Positions 15,397 to 29,442 of a stretch of DNA of 64,000 bases are shown piece by piece. Position 1 is the first letter of the stretch. Every line of letters starts with the position of its first letter. The notes below the pieces were generated by a model. It ran no database searches. It had not been told where the DNA came from and was given only the letters and a program-made list of their open reading frames with translations. Position numbers and translations under genes: made by a program. Source of the stretch: an uncultured Actinomycetes bacterium (GTDB lineage Bacteria > Actinomycetota > Thermoleophilia > RBG-16-64-13); the NCBI GenBank assembly GCA_963706025.1, contig CAVPLM010000005.1, forward strand, positions 384,001-448,000. Direction: 5' to 3'.

Positions 15397-15843
15397 TCAG
15401 CCGCCTGCCAGGGAGATAAGACGGCGCGCCGCGTCGATATATCCATCCGGTCCCCTGCCCGCTATGACGAAGGTCGCCACGGGCGAGATCACGGAAATAC
15501 GGCGCCAGTCCTCCCGGCTGCTGATGTCCGAAAGATGCACTTCGGCGATGGGGCAGGTGACGACTTCCAGGGCATCTCGTACAGCGTAGCTGTAGTGGGT
15601 CCAAGCGCCAGGATTGACAAGAAGAGCCCCTGCGTGACGGAACTCGTGGATGAACTCGACGTACCGCCCTTCGTAGTTGGTCTGCCGGCAGATACAGGCC
15701 CAGCCCAGACGCTCGACCTCCTCGGAGACCAACCGTTCCAGCGCCGCCAGGGTGATCGCACCGTAGTGGGCAGCCGGACGCTCACCCAGCAGGTTGAGAT
15801 TGACTCCGTTCAAGACCACGAGTTGATTGGGGCGGTCGCTCAT
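15397..15843 (-). CDS. aroQ: Type II 3-dehydroquinate dehydratase
   Basis: NG.NLNLLG.R, NPGAWTHYS, EVHLS.I..RE; ATG 15843 overlaps the aroKB stop. Confidence 0.93.
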   Translation of the reverse strand: MSDRPNQLVVLNGVNLNLLGERPAAHYGAITLAALERLVSEEVERLGWACICRQTNYEGRYVEFIHEFRHAGALLVNPGAWTHYSYAVRDALEVVTCPIAEVHLSDISSREDWRRISVISPVATFVIAGRGPDGYIDAARRLISLAGG

Positions 15844-17456
15844 GCTCTGATGACCTCCACGCATTGCGCGAGCAGATGGGCGGGCACGTCCATGCCCCAC
15901 ACCGGCTCTCCGATCGCCCGCAACCCTACGAAGCCGGTGGAACCGGCGACTACCTTCTTGTCCCGAGAGACGGCGTTGAGGACCCCGTCGACATCCGCCA
16001 AGGGTAGGGCCGTCGAGAGACCGAGTCCTGTCATCAGGGCGTGGGTGCGCTCGCGCACCGAGCGATCGAGCCCCAGCAACCGTTCGCTCACCGCCAGGGA
16101 TACCAGCGTGCCCAGAGCCACGGCTCGTCCATGGCTGATCGAGCCGTAGCCCTCAGTCACCTCGACTGCGTGCGCGATCGTATGGCCCAGGTTGAGCACG
16201 GCCCGGCGGCCCCTGTCGAGCTCGTCTTCTTCCACCACTCGCGCCTTGTAGCCGACGCAGGTCTTGACCAGACTGCCCACAAGTGCCGGATCGCGGGCGA
16301 TAACGGCGTCCGCCTCCTCCTCGAGTCTCCCGAACAGGGCCTCCGAGTGAAGCAGCCCGTATTTGACCACTTCCCCTAGGCCGCTCGTGTACTCCTGATC
16401 CGGGAGGGTGCTGAGGGTGTCGGGGTCGATCAAGACCACATCCGGTTGATAGAAAGACCCGGCCAGGTTCTTGCCCGCTTTGAGGTTGATCGCGGTTTTT
16501 CCCCCGACGCTCGAATCGACCTGAGCGAGCAGACTGGTGGGGATCTGCCACAGGGAGATTCCCCTGTGGTAGGTAGAAGCGGAGAAGCCGACAAGATCGC
16601 CGATCACCCCCCCTCCCAGGGCTACGGCGGTGTCGTCGCGGCGCGCGCCATGCTCAGCCAGCCAATCCCAACAGCGCTCGAGGGAGCGTGCGCTCTTGCT
16701 CCCTTCGCCGAAGGGCAGAACGAGCGGACCCTGTCCAGGGCACGTTTCGGCTAGGTGAGAGAGTACAGTCTCCCCCCAGAGTCGCATGACGTTGTCGTCA
16801 GTGAAGACGAACCAGCGTGAACCTCTTTCCGAGGCGGCAGCGGCAAGTCGCTCCAGACACGAAAGCGACCCGCTGCCTCCCATGATTAGGGAGGATCTGC
16901 CGGTGGATACCATCCAGCGGCCCCACATCCCGACGCGCTGCGCACCCGCGATGCGGACGATTTCGACGATGCCCCCTGCCAGTTCCTCCACCGTCCTGCC
17001 GCCCACCGGGACGACCCAATCCGCCACCTCCTCGTACCTGGCCTTTCGCTTGACCAGCAGGCTCTCGAACTCGCGCCGGTCTCGAGCCAGGGGGCGACCG
17101 CTTCCTTTCACCCGCGACCAGGCTTCGGCTGCGGAAGTCTCGAGGTATGCCACTTGCCCTCGACCGCGAAGCAGGGCCGCTGCTTCATCGTTCTCCAGGG
17201 TTCCTCCCCCAAGAGCCAGCACCAGCCCACTGTCCTCCGCTCTGTCGGATAGGAGAGCCGCGAGGAGTTGGCTCTCGCGAGCCCTGAAGGCCGACTCGCC
17301 CCTCGTAGCGAAGAGGGCCTCGATGGTGACCCCCTCCGCTTCGACGATCTCGGCATCCAGGTCGAGGAAGCGCCACCCCAGTAGGTCCGCGGCCCTCTCG
17401 CCGACTGCCGTCTTGCCGCTGCCCATGAACCCAGTCAGGGCTAGGAGCGGCGCCAC
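15840..17456 (-). CDS. aroB: Bifunctional shikimate kinase / 3-dehydroquinate synthase (AroK-AroB)
   Basis: N: GFMGSGKT, DLD, FR..E, GGG, RPL. C: ALGGGVIGD, PTSLLAQVDSSVGGKT, KNLAG, LNLGHT, HG.AV. Confidence 0.92.
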   Translation of the reverse strand: MAPLLALTGFMGSGKTAVGERAADLLGWRFLDLDAEIVEAEGVTIEALFATRGESAFRARESQLLAALLSDRAEDSGLVLALGGGTLENDEAAALLRGRGQVAYLETSAAEAWSRVKGSGRPLARDRREFESLLVKRKARYEEVADWVVPVGGRTVEELAGGIVEIVRIAGAQRVGMWGRWMVSTGRSSLIMGGSGSLSCLERLAAAASERGSRWFVFTDDNVMRLWGETVLSHLAETCPGQGPLVLPFGEGSKSARSLERCWDWLAEHGARRDDTAVALGGGVIGDLVGFSASTYHRGISLWQIPTSLLAQVDSSVGGKTAINLKAGKNLAGSFYQPDVVLIDPDTLSTLPDQEYTSGLGEVVKYGLLHSEALFGRLEEEADAVIARDPALVGSLVKTCVGYKARVVEEDELDRGRRAVLNLGHTIAHAVEVTEGYGSISHGRAVALGTLVSLAVSERLLGLDRSVRERTHALMTGLGLSTALPLADVDGVLNAVSRDKKVVAGSTGFVGLRAIGEPVWGMDVPAHLLAQCVEVIRA

Positions 17457-18652
17457 AGTCCGCGCTCCTCCAGGGTTTCTTCGTAGGCGAGGAGGGCCGC
17501 CCGCAACTGCTCAAGGCTATCGCCCCCGAATTTCTCCAAGTAGGCCTCAGCGAGGACGAGGGCGACCATGGCCTCCCCCACCACCCGAGCGGCCGGCACG
17601 GCCACCACATCACTACGTTCAACGTGGGCATCAGCAGGGCGAAGGGTCTCCACATCAACTGAAGGGAGGGGCGCAATGAGCGTGGAGATCGGTTTCATCG
17701 CGGCGCGCAGCACCACGGGCATCCCCGTGGTCATGCCTCCCTCGATCCCACCTGCGCGGTTGGTCTCCCTTCCGACCCAGCGGCTGCCGTCTTCGTCTCG
17801 GAGGACGATGGCGTCGTGGACCAAAGAGCCGGGCCGAGCGGCATTCGCGTAACCCTGTCCGATCTCAACGGCCTTGATGGCGGGAATACTGCCAAGCGCG
17901 CCCAGGAGCCTAGCGTCCAGGCGGTCCACCGGCCGGGCATATCCTCCCAGGCCGGGGCACAGACCCCAGGACCAGATCTCGAACACCCCGCCCAGCGTGT
18001 CCCCTGCCTCTCGAGCCTGGTCGATCGCCTCGCACATGGCGGCCGACGCCGCCGCGTCATCGCAACCTACTGCCGAGTCATAGGCTGCGTTCCAGTCGAT
18101 CAGGTCGGGACGAGCGAAATCGGCGCTCTCAGCCAGGCCGATCGGACCGATACGGATGACCCGTCCGCGCACCGTCACGCCCAACTCGCTCAGAAGACGC
18201 CTGCAGATGGCTCCTCCGGCTACCCGTCCGACCGTCTCGCGGGCGCTTGCACGCTCAAGAACATCCCTGACGTCGTGGTGACCGTACTTGGCCAGACCAC
18301 TCAGGTCTGCATGGCCGGGACGAGGGACGGTGACACGCGGGCGTTCGGCGGTCTCGTGATCCTGCGGTGGTTCCGGAGACATCACAGCCAGCCAATTGGT
18401 GTGGTCCCTATTCTCGACCACGACACATATAGGGGTGCCGAGCGTGCGGCCCTGGCGAACACCAGCAAGAAAGCGACAACGGTCGGTTTCGATCGACATG
18501 CGGAGTCCTCGCCCGTACCCCTGTTGCCTTCGGCCGAGGTCGACATCGATGTCCGTTCGGGTGAGAGCCAGTCCCGCCGGCACTCCCTCGAGCACGCATA
18601 CCTCGGCGGGCCCATGTGACTCTCCCGCTGTAGTCAGACGGAGGGTGCTCAC
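17441..18652 (-). CDS. aroC: Chorismate synthase
   Basis: TAGESHG, RR..GYGRG.RM, PRPGHAD, ERASARET, GGIEGG, MKPIST, ERSD. Confidence 0.96.
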   Translation of the reverse strand: MSTLRLTTAGESHGPAEVCVLEGVPAGLALTRTDIDVDLGRRQQGYGRGLRMSIETDRCRFLAGVRQGRTLGTPICVVVENRDHTNWLAVMSPEPPQDHETAERPRVTVPRPGHADLSGLAKYGHHDVRDVLERASARETVGRVAGGAICRRLLSELGVTVRGRVIRIGPIGLAESADFARPDLIDWNAAYDSAVGCDDAAASAAMCEAIDQAREAGDTLGGVFEIWSWGLCPGLGGYARPVDRLDARLLGALGSIPAIKAVEIGQGYANAARPGSLVHDAIVLRDEDGSRWVGRETNRAGGIEGGMTTGMPVVLRAAMKPISTLIAPLPSVDVETLRPADAHVERSDVVAVPAARVVGEAMVALVLAEAYLEKFGGDSLEQLRAALLAYEETLEERGLWRRS

Positions 18653-18731
18653 ATCCCCTTCCTCAAGGTAACGGCGCCTGTCGGCGCCGGTTCAAGCTTA
18701 CAGACGAAGGCGCACGATCGCTGCAACGGCG

Positions 18732-19355
18732 CTACTCGTAGACCACCGATCCGACGGTGAGGACGCGTGTCTCGCTCCCATGAAGGAGGGTCACGACCTT
18801 GCTGGTGCTGTTGATATCGAGCACCTGGATCTGACCCCAACTGCTCGAGACCACGTCGCCCTCCCGTTTGTCCTTGAAGATGCTGCTGTCCACTTGGAAG
18901 GTGACAGCATCGGCGCCGCCGACCACGCCCACCGCGAGGATCTTGAGGAAGTGAACGCGCACCGCGGTCGTGGTGGTGGTCGAGGTGGGCTTCGTGGTGC
19001 TCGTCGTCGGGTACCGGGTGGTGGTCGTGTACCGCGTCGTGGTCGTGTAGTAAGTCGTGCCGGTCGTGTTGGAGCTTGGGGAGGTAGTGGCCGTCGTGCT
19101 GGTGCTTGGCGGGACTGCCTGCTGAACGAACGGATCCTTGCTGCTGAAGGTGGAGAACGCCTCCGCGTCAAGCGCGAACAAAGGTACGGCGGTCGTGGCG
19201 GTGGCGACCGCCTGCGCGCTGCTCTGCGAGGTCACCGCGCTTTCGGTGGTCGCCGTGTCGTCGTTCCCGCCAAAGCACCCGGCGACCACTGCGCTGAGGG
19301 CCAAGGCGAGAAGGACCGCTACGATGACCGACTGATGAAGCTTAGGCTTCAACAC
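18732..19355 (-). CDS. Thr-rich lipoprotein in the PilP position of the pil operon
   Basis: Lipobox VAGC, KDPF motif (cf. PilP RDPF), Thr-rich linker, short C-terminal beta domain; last gene of pilMNO. Confidence 0.6.
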   Translation of the reverse strand: MLKPKLHQSVIVAVLLALALSAVVAGCFGGNDDTATTESAVTSQSSAQAVATATTAVPLFALDAEAFSTFSSKDPFVQQAVPPSTSTTATTSPSSNTTGTTYYTTTTRYTTTTRYPTTSTTKPTSTTTTTAVRVHFLKILAVGVVGGADAVTFQVDSSIFKDKREGDVVSSSWGQIQVLDINSTSKVVTLLHGSETRVLTVGSVVYE

Positions 19356-19361
19356 ATCCTC

Positions 19362-20042
19362 CTACAAACCACCGGGACTGGTCGTGGTCGTTGTCTCACC
19401 GGAACTCGGCTCGGGTGCAGTGGAGCCCGTCGCGCCCGTCGCGGGAGCCTGGGCGGCGGTCGCGGCCGGGGCTGCCATCTGAAACGCGTAGAGAGCCATG
19501 TTCACGGCGAGCTCAGGGCTGACGGCAGCACTGGACCCAGATCCTTCCGTCTCTGCAGCCAATTGCAGATCAAGATTCTTGACCGCGAGCAATCGTCCTG
19601 GTCCCGCCACCATCTGTTCCGCCCGGTAGACGAAATCGCTGAGATCGAAATAGGTCCCTGTGAATTCGAGTGCAAGGGGAACGATGTCAAAACCCCCCGA
19701 TTGCACGGGAGCGCCGGGAGTGATGGCGATGAAGGCGATACCTGACTGGTCCGCGAGATCCTGGATCTGAAGGAGAAGGCTGGGGATCTGCTCGCCTTCG
19801 GGTACCATCTTCGCCAACTCCAGCAACCTACCTCGATTCTTCTCACCGTCTTCCCGGATAGCTTCCGCTTGAGCCAGTTCTGCTTGAGCCGCGGTAAGCG
19901 CTGCGCGTTCGGTCTCGATGGAGGCCTCGACCGAGGCAATGTCCTGTCTTAGAGGGTTGATCAAGAAGAACCAAGCCAGCACCACGATGACGAGTAGGAC
20001 CACACCGACGATTATGAGGCGAAGCGTGCGGTTCACGGTCAC
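19362..20042 (-). CDS. pilO: Type IV pilus assembly protein PilO
   Basis: N-terminal TM helix, coiled coil, P....IPSLL.QI..LA..SGI, G.Y..L..F; order pilM-N-O. Confidence 0.85.
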   Translation of the reverse strand: MTVNRTLRLIIVGVVLLVIVVLAWFFLINPLRQDIASVEASIETERAALTAAQAELAQAEAIREDGEKNRGRLLELAKMVPEGEQIPSLLLQIQDLADQSGIAFIAITPGAPVQSGGFDIVPLALEFTGTYFDLSDFVYRAEQMVAGPGRLLAVKNLDLQLAAETEGSGSSAAVSPELAVNMALYAFQMAAPAATAAQAPATGATGSTAPEPSSGETTTTTSPGGL

Positions 20043-20701
20043 TCCACCTCCACCTGACTGAGAGGGAGCGGGGTGTCGGTACTCTCCGGGCCGTCGACCA
20101 CGGCATCGATGGAAAAGCCCTTGACCTCGATCTCCGGATCTGTGGTTCCACGAGGCAGACCGGCCGATACGAGGTTGACTCCCGAGAGGGAAGGTACCAA
20201 TTGGAGTCGGACGAGCACCTGCGCGATCTCCTGGAAACTATAGGTGTTGCCTTCGATGCTGATCTCGTTGTCACCGGCCTCAGCCGGGGCGGATTGGCCT
20301 CCTTCCGCTGCGGCGCCGGAAGACTTGGGATCCAATGTGGTCAGCGCAATCGTCTGGAACCAGGCGTTCTCGGGCACAACCAGGCTGATGGCGTCCAGAA
20401 TGTCCGAGACCAAGGTGCGACTTGAATAGATCCCTTGCACGACCTCTTCGGCCTCGGCCCGATCGCGTTGGATGTCGCCGTATTGCTGGAGCTCCGCCAG
20501 CTGACCCTGGAGCACAGCGTTCTGTTGCTGCAGGTCGGCCAGTTCTTGCTCACGATCGGTCAGGGTGTTGTTGAGGAGGTAGTAACCGAATCCTATGGCG
20601 AAGATCACGACGATGGCCGCGCCTAGCAGTGCCAACAAGCCCACGTCGGTGGCCGTTCTCGACCTCTCAGACGGGGGGACCAGGTTTACTCGCCGAGCCA
20701 T
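20039..20701 (-). CDS. pilN: Type IV pilus assembly protein PilN
   Basis: MARRVNLVP (the INLLP PilM-binding motif), TM helix, coiled coil, VP..AW. Confidence 0.85.
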   Translation of the reverse strand: MARRVNLVPPSERSRTATDVGLLALLGAAIVVIFAIGFGYYLLNNTLTDREQELADLQQQNAVLQGQLAELQQYGDIQRDRAEAEEVVQGIYSSRTLVSDILDAISLVVPENAWFQTIALTTLDPKSSGAAAEGGQSAPAEAGDNEISIEGNTYSFQEIAQVLVRLQLVPSLSGVNLVSAGLPRGTTDPEIEVKGFSIDAVVDGPESTDTPLPLSQVEVE

Positions 20702-20702
20702 C

Positions 20703-21812
20703 CTATTCGTCTCCGGCCAGCGCGAGGCCGATCGAGACTGCCAGCGAGGGCGCCACGAATGCCAGGTTGGCATCCGGGACGTCCGAAACGTTCTGGGAGA
20801 TATGGACAAGGGGGTTGCCCAAGGTTACCGGTATCGCCAGGGCCTCGCTCAGGTGGGCATCCAGGTTCCTGACGAGCGCTCCCCGTCCACTCAGTATGAG
20901 GTCCACGACTCTCGGCGCGTGCTCCTGCCCCTGGTAGTAGTCGAACGATCTGCGGATCTCATCACTCAGTTCCGATGCCTCTAGTCCAAGCCGCTTATGG
21001 GTATCGGCGACCACGTCCTCTGGGTAGTATTCCGCGTCGGCCGGCAAGGGTCCCGGAAGACCCAAGCGCTGGACCATCGTCTGGGCGTCGGCATACGGAA
21101 TGGCCCGCTGCTCGCTGAGAGCACGCGGGAAGCGATCGCTCGAGAAGTTGATGATGCGCGTGAATTTCAAGACCCCGTCCACGGCTACCACCAGCGTGGA
21201 CACGGACGACGAGATATCCGCGATCCCCCGGCACGTCCCCCCGCCCGGAGTCTCTCCAAGAAAAGAGGCGGGTGGAAGAAGGGCACGGATGAGTGCCAGG
21301 CTGGAAACGTCGATGCCGGCGACTTTGAGGCCGGCCTGTTTCAGCGCACCAAGAAGGGTGCCTATCATCGTCCTCTGGGCCGCGACCAGTAGCACCTCCT
21401 GGCGGGCAGACCCATCCGGATTCACCCGCTTTCCGACCACTTGGAAGTCGAGCACGACTTCGTCCACAGGAATGGGGATGTAGTCCTGGGCCTGGAACTC
21501 GATGGCGCCCCGCAACTCCTCTTCGGTCATCTCCGACATGTCGATATTCCGGACGATGACTTTCTGGTTGCTGACCCCCACCTGAACGGAGCGGCCACGC
21601 AGCTTGTACTGGTTGACAAGAGCCTTGAGCTCACGCGCGAAAAGGTCGCCGTCGACTATCTCCCCATCTACCACCAGCCCCTCAGGCAGCGGCCAGTCGA
21701 AATACTGGCGCAACTTGAGGCTGCCGGGATCTCCGGCTACGTGAAGCGCGACGATGTTGGAACCTCCGACATCGAGCACCCATTGCCCCGATTGGTGAAA
21801 GCCTAAAGCCAT
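20703..21812 (-). CDS. pilM: Type IV pilus assembly protein PilM
   Basis: Actin-like LDVGG, YIPIP.DEVVLDF, VLLVAA, EIRRSFDYY, LSG.GA, IGLAL. Confidence 0.92.
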   Translation of the reverse strand: MALGFHQSGQWVLDVGGSNIVALHVAGDPGSLKLRQYFDWPLPEGLVVDGEIVDGDLFARELKALVNQYKLRGRSVQVGVSNQKVIVRNIDMSEMTEEELRGAIEFQAQDYIPIPVDEVVLDFQVVGKRVNPDGSARQEVLLVAAQRTMIGTLLGALKQAGLKVAGIDVSSLALIRALLPPASFLGETPGGGTCRGIADISSSVSTLVVAVDGVLKFTRIINFSSDRFPRALSEQRAIPYADAQTMVQRLGLPGPLPADAEYYPEDVVADTHKRLGLEASELSDEIRRSFDYYQGQEHAPRVVDLILSGRGALVRNLDAHLSEALAIPVTLGNPLVHISQNVSDVPDANLAFVAPSLAVSIGLALAGDE

Positions 21813-21920
21813 CGGCTCACCTCGACCCCGCGCTCAGATTCGCCCTCGTTTGCTTGTACACTCTAAACTCTATCACGCCTAACAACACGAGCAATCACCT
21901 TTTGCACAATCTTGTTCGGG

Positions 21921-22673
21921 TCAATTGTAGACTCTCAAGTACGAATTCAGTAAGGTCTCGCCGACCAACGCGGCGAGTATCGCACCCATAGCCAGATATG
22001 GACCAAAGGGTATCTTTTCTTTTCGCGAACGCTTCTGCACTAAGAGCATAAAAACACCCACCAGACTGCCAAGAAGAAAGGCTGCGAACAGGGCGACCAC
22101 TACATAAGCCCCCAACACCGCCCCCATGAAAAGCGCCAGTTTGACATCCCCCGGCCCCATCCCCCCCGGCCAGATCAGTGCGAGGGCGAACAGGAAAGCT
22201 GCCGCACCGAGACTGCCGGCGACGTAGACCCACCAACTCTGGGGGTTCAGGGTCATCGAGGCCACCAAACCCATCACCGCTCCCGGCAGCACGATCCTGT
22301 TGGGAATGATCATGTGATCGTAGTCGATGAAAGCCACGGCCACCATAGCCGCTATGAACGCCCAAGATACGAGCAGCGGCCAATCCAGGCCGAAACGCCA
22401 GAAGGCAAGTACGAACGCCGCGCCCGTGATCGCCTCTACCAGGGGGTACCGTATAGATATGGACGACCCGCACTCTCGACATCGGCCCCGAAGAACCAGC
22501 CAACTCACGATCGGGATATTGTCGTAGAACCGGATGGAAGTCCCGCACTGAGGGCAGTGCGAACCGGGTCGCATCAGGGACTCGTGGCGGGGCAGACGAT
22601 AGATGACGACGTTCAGGAAGCTGCCTACGGCCAGTCCCAGCATTAGTGCGACTGCATAGAGATAGTACTGCAA
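21921..22673 (-). CDS. pilD: Prepilin peptidase
   Basis: GSFLNVVIYRLP, S.CP.C, DNIP..SW..LRG.CR.C, FID, GMG.GDVKL, IPFGPYL. Confidence 0.93.
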   Translation of the reverse strand: MQYYLYAVALMLGLAVGSFLNVVIYRLPRHESLMRPGSHCPQCGTSIRFYDNIPIVSWLVLRGRCRECGSSISIRYPLVEAITGAAFVLAFWRFGLDWPLLVSWAFIAAMVAVAFIDYDHMIIPNRIVLPGAVMGLVASMTLNPQSWWVYVAGSLGAAAFLFALALIWPGGMGPGDVKLALFMGAVLGAYVVVALFAAFLLGSLVGVFMLLVQKRSRKEKIPFGPYLAMGAILAALVGETLLNSYLRVYN

Positions 22674-22712
22674 TTCGCCACACCCTCCCTGGAACGCGTT
22701 CGCTACCTCCGT

Positions 22713-22739
22713 ATATCGGCCCTTTTCGCCAAGGCTTGA
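22713..22739 (-). promoter_or_regulatory. Candidate sigma-28 (FliA/SigD/WhiG-type) promoter of pilD-pilMNO
   Basis: Minus strand TCAAG-N14-GCCGATAT, close to the sigma-28 consensus, about 40 nt upstream of pilD. Confidence 0.55.
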
Positions 22740-22895
22740 ATGAAAAAGGCGTCACGCGCACTAAGGTACCGCAGCTCTGACTGGGGAGGTACGGGACTTT
22801 GGTCGTATTTGACTTGGCGCGCGAGCGCCCGTACGGGAGACAAGCACTGGAAAGAAGAGCGGCGAGGAAGACCGGGCAGGAAGAGCGGTAACGAC

Positions 22896-23804
22896 TCAGG
22901 CGAGCCAGCCCCCCGCCTTCATAGCCCGGCCGAGGACCTCTTGTCCGGCCGGAGTGAGACGCGCTAGGGGCGGCCGAAGCGGCCCGGCGGGCAGGCCCAG
23001 CCATGCGACCGCCTGCTTGACCGGCGTGGGGTTGGGCTCCACGAAGAGAGCGTCGATCACCTCCATCAGACGATAGTGGATATCGCGTGCGTCGGCGATA
23101 CGTCCCTGCCACACCGCCTCGCACATCGCCTTCACCTCTCTGCCCACGACGTGGGCGACGGCGGCGATGGCTCCGGCTGCGCCGTGACAGAGCAGGCTGA
23201 ACGTCATGATGTCTTCGCCTGAGTAGATACTGAAGGTAGCAGGGTCGGTGCCCCGGTAGATCTCCATGGCCTGGTGGAGGTCTCCGGAGGAGTCCTTAAG
23301 GCCGACCACCTGCGGCACCTCCCGCCAGAGGCGGATAATGGTCTGCGGTTCTATGTTGCGGCTGGTGCGGCCCGGGATGTTGTAGATCACCATGGGTAGG
23401 CCGGTGGCTTGTGAGATCGCCTGGAAGTGGTTGAAAAGCCCTTGCTGGGTGGGCTTGTTGTAGTAGGGTCCCACCTGCAGCGTGGCATCGGCACCCAGCT
23501 CCCGAGCCGACTGGGTCAGCTCGATCGCCTCTCGAGTCGAGTTGGACCCCGTGGAGGCGATCACAGGTACGCGCCCCTTCGTATGCTCGACCACGGCTCG
23601 GATCACGTCGGCGTGTTCTTTGTGGGAAAGGGTGGCCGATTCCCCCGTGGTGCCGCAGGGGACCAGCCCATCGACCTTGACCTCCTCGACGTAATAGTCG
23701 ACCAGCCGGGCAAGGCCCTCGTAGTCCACACTGAGGTCGTCCTTGAAGGGAGTGATCAAAGGCAAGATGACCCCTCGCAGACCCCATTCGACCTTAGCTG
23801 CCAC
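22896..23804 (-). CDS. dapA: 4-hydroxy-tetrahydrodipicolinate synthase
   Basis: ITPF, CGTTGES, GSNST, PYYNKP, YNIPGRT, GLKDS, SGED, NP.PVK; GGGAGG before GTG 23804. Confidence 0.95.
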   Translation of the reverse strand: MAAKVEWGLRGVILPLITPFKDDLSVDYEGLARLVDYYVEEVKVDGLVPCGTTGESATLSHKEHADVIRAVVEHTKGRVPVIASTGSNSTREAIELTQSARELGADATLQVGPYYNKPTQQGLFNHFQAISQATGLPMVIYNIPGRTSRNIEPQTIIRLWREVPQVVGLKDSSGDLHQAMEIYRGTDPATFSIYSGEDIMTFSLLCHGAAGAIAAVAHVVGREVKAMCEAVWQGRIADARDIHYRLMEVIDALFVEPNPTPVKQAVAWLGLPAGPLRPPLARLTPAGQEVLGRAMKAGGWLA

Positions 23805-23894
23805 GACTTCCTCCCAGACTCGTCGCCCGCAAAGCACTCGTGCACTACTGGGTCTGCATTATAGGGGGTCCGGGGGCCCTGAGAAACCCGGACA

Positions 23895-23927
23895 TAAAGT
23901 GGGGGCCCGCCATCGCTGGCGGGCCCC
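23895..23927 (-). terminator. rRNA operon terminator
   Basis: Minus strand GGGGCCCGCCA-GCGA-TGGCGGGCCCC followed by CACTTTATGT, just 3' of the 5S. Confidence 0.75.
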
Positions 23928-23935
23928 AATATAAT

Positions 23936-24052
<117 letters not shown>

Positions 24053-24116
24053 ACTCAAGAACGGCATCCCGGGCGCGCGCACCCTCAAATCTGCATAGTG
24101 ACTGAGCAATGTGTTA

Positions 24117-27115
<2,999 letters not shown>

Positions 27116-27383
27116 GGAAGAACACATTACATATGCGTCACTATGCAGATTTCAAGGTACGCGCGGAGCCGTGCTCCACGGACTGGAAGAGCCGCGTCTC
27201 AAACATGAGCGCGGTCTTTCAAAACTGAACAGCGTTGCCTCGAAGCGCACGATCAGACGCTTCAGAACCAGGTCGACATACATTCCAGGTATCCACATCC
27301 GCCGCGGTACCGATGCGCAGGTGCGATCGGACCCTCGCGGTTTGGAATGATGTGGACCCGCGGTGTTGGTCACCGCAAATCCC

Positions 27384-28935
<1,552 letters not shown>

Positions 28936-29120
28936 GTATTGCGATACGGACTCACGTCCGGATCTGACTTTGTGGAGAGCTTAAGTTAGCTCTCAAAGTA
29001 TGTCTCGCGACCGGTGGGTCCGGTCGCAGACGGGGGCGAGAACGGTCGTCCCACTAGAAGACGACGTCCTCGCAGATTCGTTGCTGGCAGACCGGACCAT
29101 CGCGAAACGGTCCGATCCGA

Positions 29121-29145
29121 CAACGCTGTTCAGTTTTCAAAGACC
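29121..29145. repeat. 16S processing stem / boxA-like arm (pairs with 27213-27237)
   Basis: 24/25 inverted match flanking the 16S; an analogous pair (about 24075-24102 and 27138-27165) flanks the 23S. Confidence 0.8.
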
Positions 29146-29170
29146 ACTGCGCTCTTAGGCGCGGCCGGGA

Positions 29171-29199
29171 AGATTAGCACCACCTACTGACGGAGTCAA
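29171..29199 (-). promoter_or_regulatory. rrn proximal sigma-70-type promoter
   Basis: TTGACT-17-TAATCT. Confidence 0.7.
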
Positions 29200-29395
29200 C
29201 CCGCCTGACAGGTGTCCTTCGCGGTGATTCTTCCCCGCTCACGAACCGCAAAACCTTCCCCAAAAACGATCAGAGCCACTGTGCCCAACGCACGAGCAGC
29301 TCTGAGAGCGGCGGATGTGACATTCAGGCTATCCGCGTGCCCTCGCCAAGTCGTTCGTGGTGTCAACGAGTAGTCGGATCATTTTGAGACAGGTT

Positions 29396-29424
29396 ATTGT
29401 AGACCTAACCGCTCCCGCTGTCAA
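29396..29424 (-). promoter_or_regulatory. rrn distal sigma-70-type promoter
   Basis: TTGACA-17-TACAAT. Confidence 0.75.
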
Positions 29425-29442
29425 TGCCCCGAATTGCCTCAC

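Noticed and set aside
15840-17456. AroK-AroB fusion as a novelty
   Set aside because: A well-known bifunctional architecture.
18960-19110. Repetitive GTG/GTC tract resembling a tandem repeat or CRISPR array
   Set aside because: Encodes the Thr-rich linker; no repeat-spacer array or cas genes anywhere in the window.
23805-23895. Lysine riboswitch before dapA, or T-boxes before tyrS/pheS/thrS
   Set aside because: Intergenic spaces are too short and lack the conserved motifs.
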